In this document: positions 36,511 to 46,806 of the stretch, piece by piece
Position numbering within the stretch: position 1 is the stretch's first letter
How the letters are laid out: each line of letters opens with the position of its first letter
Made by a program: the position numbers and the translations under genes
Notes under the pieces: generated by a model
Databases searched by the model: none
What the model saw: only the letters and a program-made list of their open reading frames with translations
Told to the model about the DNA's origin: nothing
Assembly: GCA_010093815.1 (NCBI GenBank)
Contig: ML996579.1
Length of the DNA stretch: 64,000 nucleotides
DNA from: Pseudovirgaria hyperparasitica
Taxonomy: Eukaryota
Reading direction: 5' to 3' (one strand)

Positions 36511-37457
36511 TTTTGCCATCGACTTTTCCTTTCTCTTACTCATGAATGCCAAAAGGGTAGCCTCTTCTCTCTGTTCTCCACGTCCTTGTTCTCGATAACC
36601 TGCGTTCTGCTGTGCACGATGTTTGGCATCCACAGCACGCAACATCATCTCGCAAATCTCACTTCACAATTTTCCCAAGCAGGCCATAACGTCACAGTGC
36701 ATTCAAAACTCTCCTACATCCCAGAATGTCCACAAGCAACGCCATTCCATGACCTCCTCTAACTACCTGCGAGGTCCCATAACTCCATGATAATCCTTAA
36801 TCCTTCCGAACTCACTTACATCCTATCCTTGACCCGAACTAGAACAAACCCAGTCATATTGTTGCTCCGCAACACAAACATAACTTCTACAAGCTCCTGC
36901 AACTGTAGTGCACCGGATTTGTCTGCATACTGCCTATATATCGACTCCATCGTCAGAACCAACGTTCTGGACCGTGTATCGAGGGTGATGTGAAACCAGA
37001 TATTGGGTACAAGGGCAGGAGGATTTTGTTGAAGGTTAGGGACATAGGGTTGCACAGCGGTTGAACATGCAATGGGTAATGCTTGGTGCGGGCGCTATAC
37101 GGGATGAAGTTGATAGACGAGTCTCGCGGTGTTGCCGGTGTTAGGAATCAGAATGACAAATTAGGTCCGAGGTCAAGTAGATCGACATACGTAGAGTGAC
37201 GATAGGCTTGCTAAAGATGTTCTGTGTTTCAGCTTACCCTACATACCTAGACTATTCTTGCTTTCATAGCTGACAGTACTACGTGTCGTAATCGAGAGAA
37301 TGATGAATGAACCTATACGTGATAAGGACAGTAAATCTGCTTGCACTGATCAGAAGGCAATTGCAGCAATTCCGCTATAATAGACCTCCAGCTTGCGCCG
37401 TACGCCTCTTAGCCTTTCTTCAACCGTACCCTTCCATGTGGGTGTGAGATCCAATAT

Positions 37458-38373
37458 CTACTGGCCGTTTGGCATTTGAGGAAGATCACCCTCCTCATCT
37501 TCGTCTTCGTCAATGTTTTCTGGATGTCTAACAATATATCAGCACGTCAAAGCTCAGAATTCACGAATTTTTTTCCATACCCTAGCAGATCCTTAACATT
37601 TTTCATTTCATAATGTTTCCTCCGCGTTTCCTCGAACTTCCTGTGTTTCTCCTTCTCTTCGGGAGTCCAATGCTTCATTTCCTCCTCTTTCTGTGCCGCA
37701 AGGCTCTCTTCATCTACAAGCACCTTTTTCTCTCCGTCATGGTCCATTGGGTCGTCAATTTCCGGCTCACCAATGTCTAATCCCGGTATATCGTCCTCGT
37801 GGGTAGCAGTCTTCCCGGTCTTCTTCGAGTCTAATTCGTCAACATTGAGCTGGTTCGCGTCCAACATGCTAATCTCCTCCTCATCCTCCGACGGATCATA
37901 CTGCTTGGCATACGGTGTTTTGGGCTCCGTGATCTTCATTGTAGAGTCCTGCTGCTGCTCGTTGAGGTACAGGTTCGCTTCGTCCCATTTAAGGCGTGGA
38001 GAGTTCTCGTCTGCGATGTTTGGTGTACCAGATTGACGGCGTGAGGCTGGACCACGCGGGTTTGAAGACGAGCGGCGGTGTGGGCCGGCGTTTTGCATGG
38101 TGTTTTGCATGACTATTTCTTTCTCGGTGAGTTGGCGCTCGAGATCCGGCCGCTCTGTGGAAGGGATAGCTTCAAGAGGTGCGGCAGTGACGGGTGGGGA
38201 GGTCTGAGATGCGGTGCGTTTGAAGGAGTCGCTATTCTTGAGAATTCCTGATGAACCTTCGTTAAGAGATGGCTGGATGATATTTGAGCGTGTTGCCTAC
38301 CTCTGGGTCTTTGAGGAGGGCTCGCCGCATACTGCGGCGGTGAGTGAACCGCAGTTTCTCCTTCTAGAGTCAT
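37458..38373 (-). CDS. GLC8: Protein phosphatase 1 inhibitor-2 (Glc8-like), 3 exons
   Basis: PR/GILKN (SILK-type motif), [19 protein letters not shown] and [12 protein letters not shown]. Introns at about 38250-38300 and 37529-37580. Confidence 0.88.
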
Positions 38374-39311
38374 CTCACAGGTGTTGTGTGTGTGTGGTGA
38401 TGGTGGTGAAGCAGTAGAATGCGCGTTCTATCGAACAGATACAAAGATGAGAGCCTAGACAGGAATGCGACAGGGACGAGCAGCTCTGTTGGAGTAGATG
38501 TATTGGTGTGCTAGTTCCGTAGCCTTCGAAGCGAATAGTTTATATGTAGAGGGAATACTCTCAGGTCTGAATCAAGCTGAGATAGAGGTGATAGAGAAGA
38601 TCAGTAGTGAAGAAGTCGCAGCTGCCAGTTTCCCACGCGACAGGGCGTGTGTCCAGTGACACTATCTTCTACCGAACCAGCAGGGACTAGAACCACGTTC
38701 GAGATAGTCAGTACGCTTCACATGTACTGTTTGCGGTAGACTGTGTTGGAGATTCTGGAGATCTTTTGGAGATACCGAGAATGTCGATTGCGAATATGCC
38801 TAAGCTGTCATTTTTCCAGTGAAGCGGAGGCAGTAAGTTCTGTCGCTGCCCACGTGCGGAGGAGCTGCCCGCACGCGTTTAGATGACGTAGCAGATCGTT
38901 GACCCTGCAACAGCCCAAACTTGCCCTGAAAAGGCAAGGTAAAAGGCCCTGAAACATAATATTCCATATACGAGTCCCAGTATCACTGCAGCGCATTGGC
39001 CTGAGGTTCCGACGGCGAGATATACATCAAGGATTTGCCCACAGTGTGCTCTAATTATCAATAATGACTCTAGGATATTATCGGAAGTGGATATCAATCA
39101 TAACAGGCCCACGCATGGAGCAGAGAAGTCTCGTCAGTCAGCGCCCTTATTTACATCGCTCTTCGTCGCCTTTAGTCCTACTATACAGCCACAGCGACCT
39201 TGAAATCATATAATGTCGCGATTCCAGATCTACCCTATGTCGTGGCGCGCGGTTTGATCATATCAATGTTTCGATCCGTAGCCCGTATCAACCTCATTCC
39301 ATATCATTATC

Positions 39312-40989
39312 TTAAAATTCTCCACCCGCGTTACTTCCGAATGCTGCAGCACCCCATACACCCACGATACCCCAGAATCCTACTCTCCAGCCTCGCCACA
39401 GACCCGTCACACCTTGACCCTTTTTCATTCGACCGAACGCACGGTTGTACCCTTGCGATGAGGTCGCACCTCTAGGTCCTGTAACAGTAATACCCTCTTC
39501 CCGAGCAATAAACCACATGGTACCCAACACACCTTTGTAAGGCCCAGTCTCGACGAGGGTTTTGAACTTCTCGGAGCCATCTCTCTGTCGGCGCATTTCG
39601 ACGTAATGCAGGCGCTCCCGTTCGTGTTCCCCGTCCCTCAGTACTTGGACTTGGCCGCGGCGGAGAACAGTCTCGAGTGGTAGGCGCAGAAACAGCTCAG
39701 CAGATGAAGACAGGAATGTGGAAATTGAGTATGCTGATGGTGTCAGAACGGGGTCTATGCTTAGCATTGAGCGGAGGAACATCGGTGTGCTGGCAGAGAA
39801 CAGAGTCGGTAGCGTGCTGTGGAGGAGTGTGATAGGTAGGATACTGGTCGGAAGTGAGAGTGATGGGAGGGACATGAGAGATTGAACGATTCTTCGTGGC
39901 GTGACCGAAGATGGTGTAAGGATGATGCTGCGGTATGTTAGCGAAGAAGTCTAAGCAAAATATATGCAAGTCCTACCGTGTCTTTATAAGGTCCAAGGGT
40001 GCGAGGACAAAGCCTGCAACGCCTGCGGCGGCTACGGCTACAGCTAAACTAAAGAAAGGATTTGGACTATCTACTACGTCCAGTCCCCCGATGCCTGATC
40101 CGAAGCTTCCATGGAGTCCGGGGTCAGGTACGTTGAGTAGTGCGGAGAGCATACTCCGTGTCCAGCTTTCAATAGTCTTGAGCAGAAAGTTGTAAACAAA
40201 AGTTGCGTTGGTCCCTCTCCAGACACCAAATACGCTCTCTTTCTGCCAAAGCTGCGATAATACCTCAAACAAAGAGTCGTTTTTCTTCAATTCCAGCTTG
40301 TTAGAAGTCCTCAAATTTGTGCTTCCGGGCGTCGGTGTCGAAGAGTGTGATCGATTGTGGAGCTGTTGTCTACTCCTTTCCGGACTCCTCGAATGACTAC
40401 TCGAGGTCGGGGCAGTGGATGTGAAATAGCTGGGTGAGTCCGCATCGGAGTCGTCTTCGTCAGAAGGGTACTGAGCGCGGTGTTAGCCCACAGTCCTTCA
40501 CAGTACATAGAAAACCAGGCGAGAATTGACACTCATCCCCTCCCCTACACGCACAGTGATCACAACACTCACATCCTGAAACTTCCCGCTCGCATAGCTG
40601 CTTGGCCGACTTTTTTCACCCTCGTTCGCAGACGCTACAGCTGTCGTAGCTGGGTCCTGCGAGGACGCCATGTGGACCTGCAGTATTGTCTTTGCGACTT
40701 CGAATGGCTGTGCGAGCAGGACTGTCGTGTAGCTCCACAAGGCCTGGTCCATTAATTTTTTGGCCATCTCTGCAAGACTGGGCGATGAATCCGAGAGATA
40801 ATCGCCATAGTCAATATCTGATAAGTAATCCCGCGCAGTACTGCCGAAGCTTGCTTTCTTTGACGAAGATGGGTATGAAGGGCGACTGGTTACGGAACTG
40901 CTGCTGGCGAGTTGGTCCGGCGGAGGTCCGATGGATGGAGGAATGTAGTAAGGCCGGAGTGGGTTAGGGGCATCTCTTGAGGTTGCCAT
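39312..40989 (-). CDS. UGO1: Mitochondrial fusion protein Ugo1 (degenerate carrier fold), 3 exons
   Basis: Motifs PNPLRPYYIPPSIG, LAQPFEVAKTILQV, GVWRGTNATF, LAPLDLIKTR, RLPLETVLRRGQ and GLWRGWRVGFWG. Two GT-AG introns near 40470-40573 and 39920-39976. Confidence 0.9.
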
Positions 40990-41277
40990 AATGGCAAGGT
41001 GTAGAGGGCGCAGAGGCGGGTCGATGTTGTTGTTGAAAGGGTCAAAGACAGAAATCAAGGACATAGCCAGGGTAGTTAGTGTTAGGGCAGCCGGAGACCC
41101 AGCGGTGACGATGATGATCGCTCGGTTCGATATGGCAGGTTGATGCGAGAAATCTTTCTGGAGCTCCGTCACCCGCCAACACCACTACCTCTCAATTGAA
41201 ATTTCACTCTTCAGTGACCTCAGTGCATTTCTGTATTGCTGGGCGTCGTGCCATAGTTCCTGGCTCTCGCTTTAGCA

Positions 41278-41972
41278 ATGTCCTTGTTGTCTCCTTCCGC
41301 ACAAAGATTACTAGTATCGTCCTCACGCGCTCTACGACTACCTTGCTCTCAGCGCGCATCAACGTTATGCAGTCGACAATACAATAGCAATGCAGGTCGC
41401 CATTCGATTCGTGCACTAAGTCTGGAACGAAGTGTATTGTTGCGCCAGGAATCATGGCGTTTGGGCTCATCACAGCAAGCTCGCACAAGAAGGCGGTTCT
41501 CGACCTCTCTAATCTCGCGGCATGGTCACCTTGATCCGCCGAAGCCTGGTGAAGAGTGAGTTCTCTTCTTATATTCTTATTTCGCAACTCTTATGATGCA
41601 TGTCTAATTGTGATCAGGCGTCGGGTGACATTCATCGATAAAGAGCTCGAAGAGCACACGTTCGCGGTCGCAGACGGAGATAATCTTCTGGATATCGCTC
41701 AAGCCAATGATATAGAGATGGAAGGTGCCTGTGGTGGTTCTTGCGCATGTTCGACATGTCACGTCATAGTTGAAGGCGATGAGTTCTACGATAAGATGGA
41801 CGAGCCAGACGATGATGAGAATGACATGTTGGACCTCGCATTTGGTCTGACAGAGACAAGCCGACTTGGATGTCAGGTGAAGATGTCAAAAGATCTGGAC
41901 GGTATGAGAGTCAAGCTACCATCGATGACGAGGAACCTGCAGGCCAGTGATTTCGAGGAGAAGAAACGTTAA
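41278..41972 (+). CDS. YAH1: Mitochondrial [2Fe-2S] ferredoxin (adrenodoxin-type), 2 exons
   Basis: Basic presequence and intron 41556-41618. EGACGGSCACSTCHV and ENDMLDLAFGLTETSRLGCQ supply the four Cys ligands. Confidence 0.96.
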
Positions 41973-42302
41973 AGCTTAGGCGCTTGGGGGTTTTATTCTG
42001 GTATACTGTGTACGATGTGGCAACATAGACATTTTCAACCAAAGTTAACATGCCTATTGCAACCTCACGGGCCGGCATTGTAATATTATTGTTGGAGAAA
42101 CACAGCTCAAGATAAATGTACAGTTTGAGCTTTTCATTGATGACTACAGAGTATTGATCGTATAAAGGAATACAACCCATATGTTGCTCCAACACGTAAC
42201 CACCTCAAATTACAGCTGGTGCTGTTTGGTGGTGCACTGTTCCGACTGCGACCTACCGGATATCATAACGCCGTTGAATGATGTGTGTTTGCATCCCATT
42301 CT

Positions 42303-43835
42303 CTAATTCAATATGTGACCGATTGAGCTTCTAGAGTTCGACGAATGTCCATCTTCTCGTCCATGACGATCGTGTGTAGTCTGCTGCGGCAACTCCTCCA
42401 GGAAGCGCACAGTTTTCTGAAGAACTTGATCCGTTTTCTTGTCAGAGGAGTGGCGACGATCGTGGCGAGTCAAAGCAGTCAAGATGCTGGCACTGTCAAT
42501 CTCCACAGCTGTGTACTTGCGATCCTGTGGTGGAGGGGCTTCCTTGTTCTCTCCATGAAGATGAGAGAAGTAGATTTTCCTCGATGCACCGGGCGGCAGA
42601 GTTTCCAGATCTGAGGTCCAGTCCATTCGTTCGTTCGTCGATGCCATCGGAACGCGGTTGTTGAAAATATGGAAAGCATCTGTGCATCCAACAGAGTAGC
42701 GATTGGCAGGGTTGGTTGCCTGGGAGGGACTTTGAATAGTATGAGAGGATGCAGGAGACTGGGCATCCCTAGATACAGACTTGCACCACTCTTGCTGACG
42801 AGGGTTTTTCTGGCAATCCGGACAGGTCCCTGGAGCTCGTCTTTGCTGCGTTGAATCAGCAGACGACATTTGAGCCCGAGGAGGTCGGGTTCGCATAGGG
42901 GGGAGTGTTCGAGTCGTCTGTTCGATCGAAATCTTAGCTTCAGCAGCACACACGCAGTTGCTTTCGTCGGTACAGAAACCACATCCGTCCATGGACTGCT
43001 CAGTAATGAATGCAACAGAGGGCCTCTTGTCTTGCCCTGCTTGCTGTGTGGTGAAATCGATCTCACGATCATCATAGTTCGATCTTTCGTCAACATCCTT
43101 CATCTTAACGTCAGACATGGGTGATAACGGAGCTTCTAGGTTGACAGGGTCTGCGAAGGCATTGATACAAGCACAATTGCCTCTTTCTGGCTCACAATCA
43201 TCACATCCCGACAGGATTGACTTCGACCGATTGTCTACACTCATCGCTGAATTGGTAACAGGCGTAAGGCCAAACGCTGGTGAACTAGCCGAGGCACCGG
43301 CCAGGGAGCCCGGAGTAGACACTTCGTTTCTGTAGCCAGCCCGTAGCGAGGGTGTATTCGACGACTCGTATAATGATCGGTAGTGATCGCGCTCATCTTC
43401 GGCTCTCCGAAGGTTAGCAAGAGCCTCTTGGAGTTGTCGTTGGGCATTCTGTTCGTTTTCGGTGAGCAGGGCCAATTCCTGGTTCAGTGACTCGATCTGC
43501 GACTGTAGATGTTCCGTTTCTTCCTGATGCTCCCTATCTTTCTGCTCCCGCTCTCCCTCAAGTTCAGTCAATCTCTGTGCCTTTCTCTGACGAAAGTTTC
43601 TCTGAGCTTCTCTGTTCTGGGCTTTGCGCTTGGTCTGCGGTTCATCCGTCGCGGGCTTCCGGCCAGGCTTGGGCCGCGGCGGAATCTTGTACGTCGCACC
43701 TAGGGGCCCGCTCGGTCCGGGTACCGCGATGCCATATCCAAACGTATTCTGGGTGGACGGCGAGGGGAGAATGGAAGGGCTGGCAGCGGCCGCAGGCGAC
43801 GGCTGCACTAGATCATCAAAGTCAAAATAAGACAT
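42303..43835 (-). CDS. HapX-like bZIP transcription factor with cysteine-rich regions
   Basis: Hap4-like IPPRPKPGRKP directly before the bZIP (KRKAQNREAQRNFRQRK), then a coiled coil. Cys clusters CDDC..GNCAC, CGFCTDESNCVC, PGTCPDC...WC and VGCTDAF; C-terminal EIDSASILTAL..HDRR. Confidence 0.82.
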   Translation of the reverse strand: MSYFDFDDLVQPSPAAAASPSILPSPSTQNTFGYGIAVPGPSGPLGATYKIPPRPKPGRKPATDEPQTKRKAQNREAQRNFRQRKAQRLTELEGEREQKDREHQEETEHLQSQIESLNQELALLTENEQNAQRQLQEALANLRRAEDERDHYRSLYESSNTPSLRAGYRNEVSTPGSLAGASASSPAFGLTPVTNSAMSVDNRSKSILSGCDDCEPERGNCACINAFADPVNLEAPLSPMSDVKMKDVDERSNYDDREIDFTTQQAGQDKRPSVAFITEQSMDGCGFCTDESNCVCAAEAKISIEQTTRTLPPMRTRPPRAQMSSADSTQQRRAPGTCPDCQKNPRQQEWCKSVSRDAQSPASSHTIQSPSQATNPANRYSVGCTDAFHIFNNRVPMASTNERMDWTSDLETLPPGASRKIYFSHLHGENKEAPPPQDRKYTAVEIDSASILTALTRHDRRHSSDKKTDQVLQKTVRFLEELPQQTTHDRHGREDGHSSNSRSSIGHILN

Positions 43836-44526
43836 CTACATGTACGCGACCAGGCGCAAGACGGAAATATGAGACGCCAATGCGTATGTCAGAAATTCTA
43901 GGGATACACAGGCTGAAGCGAGCGGAAGATGGACCAGGACAGAGACACAAATAGACATGTCATAGAGAATTCCGGCAGTGTGTGACGGGAAAAGCCTCAG
44001 GAGGGGCATGTGGAAAAGCTTGGCACTTACAAGACAGGTTGCGAGACCGATTGATTGGATTAGTTGCTCCAGGCGTCAATGGTGAATTCCTCTCACAGCA
44101 ATCATCAGGCGAGTGTACAGGCGAGATGCGACTGATTTCGAGCTTCCCAGCCATCGTGTAGGCCGTCGTGAGGTGGGAAGGAAAGCAATGAGGATGTAGC
44201 TGGAAGAAATCTAATCATATCAGATGTGGAGATAATCAGAGTGCCGAGATCGCACGGGACTCCGATTGGCCTCAGGCTCGGGCTTCGCACGAAACTCGGC
44301 CTCGGCCAATGCAAATAGACAGACCATAGAATTCTGTTTGAACGCTTTCATATGCCAGAGACCACGCCACACCTAGGCATTGTCACAGCGAAGAGATGTT
44401 CGTAATCTAGTTAGTGCTTGATTAGTCTTTACACCTGCGTTCTGAGACCATTTACGACTCCTGGAGCTAAATTCCCATACGACATGCCAGGGGCGATGCT
44501 TTGCGTACAACAGTCTTTACTTCGTC

Positions 44527-46266
44527 CTATCCAAAAAAGTCGGAGAAGAAATCAGACAGTCCGCCACCCTCTGAGCTACCGCTACCGCTATTGCTATTGC
44601 TATTGCTATCACTGCCGCCGTCAGAATATGGTGATTGTCCACCAGGCTTGTCATCCCAATGCGAGCTCTCACCCCATACGTCCTCAGGTTGTGACCCGTG
44701 CTGGGAAGCCTGAGGCGAAGGTACCCGATCATCTATGTCTCCTGGGGCTTGAGGCGACGCATCGTCGAATGGTTCGTTACTCTGGCTTCCTCGTCCTCTG
44801 TGCATGGCTTCGTATCCGGCCATAGTGCCGACTCCGGCAACAGTCGACTCTGATCCCCACGCTCCAGCAGCACCACGCCCTGCATTCGCGAGGCCTCCAG
44901 CACTTGCACCAGCAAGTCCTGCTTCCTCTGTTGCACCAACCATTCCGCCAGCTCCAGCGGCACCTACTGCACCAGCTTCGGCACCGGCTGCACCAGCCTC
45001 CGCTCCACCCATTGGTATCCAGAAGGGTATTGGCAAACCTCCGAAGCCACTCTTTCTGCTGAAATAATCAAAGTCCACACTGACCGCAGTCGCCAACATA
45101 ACTGCACGTTGGTCCAGAGTCATCCCAGGGGCTTGAGTAGCAGATTCCCCTTTGTCAGAAATTGTCTGCGCAGAGTCCATTCGAAGCACATAGGTGCCTG
45201 CGTCCGCAAAAATCTCTCGTCCAAGATTCCCGAATTCACGATTGACAGACCCGATCACCTCGCTATCAGCCGACTTGAGTGTGAAGTCCCATGATAAGAA
45301 GGGTTCGTCTACCCTCGCAAATTGTGACATATTGAGTTGTCTCTTGTCGTCTTCGCGTATCTCCAATGCCTTGGAATTAGAAAGGGGGAGCTGCCCTGAG
45401 GTAAGCTGAGGCGTGTCACGTTCTTGCTCGGAGTCGCGCGGAAGAAAGAGGTTGTACTTGCGTCTCAAAGGGGCCCATTCTTGAGATGCTTCACCGATGA
45501 TGCGCATCTCGGAATGTGGTAGCTGGGACACGTGTGCGGCCCCTTCACTACTTTCTAATCTCGCGATGTCGTTTGACTCCTCTGTGTTTGCCTCTGGGTT
45601 CGGACTTACACAGTCGTACACTCTAATTGTGGAATTGACCCAGCTAAAGGGTCTGTGGATCCTAAGAACTTCTTTTTGCTCCCGATCGAACACGTGTGCT
45701 GTAAAACTACGATGCGTTCTGAAGGCCTGTCGAGCAACGGCTTTTCCTAGTCCAAGATCTTGTTCTACTAGATATCCTATGGTTTCCCCGTGAGGATCCA
45801 TAATCACGTATCGGTTCGCCTGCTCGAACCCTACTAATATGCTGCCCCACTCTAGCTGCCTTTTTATCAGGATAGCTGAGTTTGCGAGGATTGAAAGTGC
45901 TGGATGGTCCCTTGGAAGTATACCATTTGGGTCATCTGGGATGTTGATGGGCGCTACGAGTGGATTCGCACCTTCTGCGTCTGCCTCCTGTAAAGCTTCT
46001 GATAGTGTTCTACTGGAGTTCGGTTCTTTCTGTGGCTCTTGTGATGGCTTCTGAAACGACTCGGTCGACTGAGGCTCCACTACGGCCGGAATGGAAGGCT
46101 TGACGCCATCTCTCCTACCAGTAGTGTTATATGGGCCACGCGAGATAGGGTTCGGGATTCGTCTTGAATTGGGCAGCTTGACCTTTGTCGCAGAGCCTTT
46201 CCTCAATGTCGCATAAGATCGGGTACTTTCAAAGGCCAGTCTGACAGACGCGCGAGGTGCGGCCAT
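44527..46266 (-). CDS. AIM25: Phospholipid scramblase family protein (Aim25-like, mitochondrial)
   Basis: Motifs RQLEWGSILVGFEQANRY, RQAFRTHRSF, RPFSWVNS, WAPLRRKYNLF, FARVDEPFLSWDF and LDQRAVMLATAVSVDFDYFSR. Arg-rich presequence starts at the ATG at 46266. Confidence 0.88.
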   Translation of the reverse strand: MAAPRASVRLAFESTRSYATLRKGSATKVKLPNSRRIPNPISRGPYNTTGRRDGVKPSIPAVVEPQSTESFQKPSQEPQKEPNSSRTLSEALQEADAEGANPLVAPINIPDDPNGILPRDHPALSILANSAILIKRQLEWGSILVGFEQANRYVIMDPHGETIGYLVEQDLGLGKAVARQAFRTHRSFTAHVFDREQKEVLRIHRPFSWVNSTIRVYDCVSPNPEANTEESNDIARLESSEGAAHVSQLPHSEMRIIGEASQEWAPLRRKYNLFLPRDSEQERDTPQLTSGQLPLSNSKALEIREDDKRQLNMSQFARVDEPFLSWDFTLKSADSEVIGSVNREFGNLGREIFADAGTYVLRMDSAQTISDKGESATQAPGMTLDQRAVMLATAVSVDFDYFSRKSGFGGLPIPFWIPMGGAEAGAAGAEAGAVGAAGAGGMVGATEEAGLAGASAGGLANAGRGAAGAWGSESTVAGVGTMAGYEAMHRGRGSQSNEPFDDASPQAPGDIDDRVPSPQASQHGSQPEDVWGESSHWDDKPGGQSPYSDGGSDSNSNSNSGSGSSEGGGLSDFFSDFFG

Positions 46267-46806
46267 GGTTAATGCATAAGTTTTGTCAAAAAAGACTGCG
46301 GACAGAACAGATATCCAAAGTTGCTCCAAGATGTTGACTGCGCTAAGGTAGAGCTCGGGCCTCCTAACTGTGGGCGGAATAAAAATTCTTGTGGACTTCC
46401 ATTGTCTCAAGGCTCCATCCCAACTTCTTCCGCCGACTTCAACGAACGACAGCGTGGAGTTGACCGCCCAGTTCGACTTCTGTCGATGGACTCTGGTGTA
46501 TAAGAGTTCCTAAGTTCGCCATGTAGCGTTGATCCTGACACTGGCGACCAATTCGCCAGCAATTTTCCAAGTGAGTCAGTCTGCCTCATCATTTCCTCAA
46601 TGCGCATCTCTATGATGACAACTCCGACTATGGAACCTAGGGGTGCTTCAACTTCGCATTCATTTGTGCTGTTGCTGCTTCCTATGCTGGTACATTAATA
46701 GACTACAACGGTATCTGAGTATATTCGAATTGACACGTTTTGAATTGCTAATGTTCCTGGATCACGCTGACCTACGCAACCAGACTACTTCGTCCCGATA
46801 TTAGCG

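Noticed and set aside
36816..37055. 79-aa minus-strand ORF ending at a GTAAGT
   Set aside because: Non-ATG start, no convincing downstream exon and no recognisable domain.
37300..37349. Box C (ATGATGA) and box D (CTGA) suggesting a C/D snoRNA
   Set aside because: Only 50 nt long, with no terminal stem and no recognisable rRNA-complementary guide.
38920..38956. U5 snRNA loop-1-like GCCTTTTAC in a short stem on the minus strand
   Set aside because: The stem is only about 4 bp, and no extended U5 stem or downstream Sm site is visible.
44434..44480. TPP-riboswitch-like GCGTTCTGAGA
   Set aside because: The downstream CTTGAT...GATAATACCAGCG core is missing, and no thiamine gene is adjacent.
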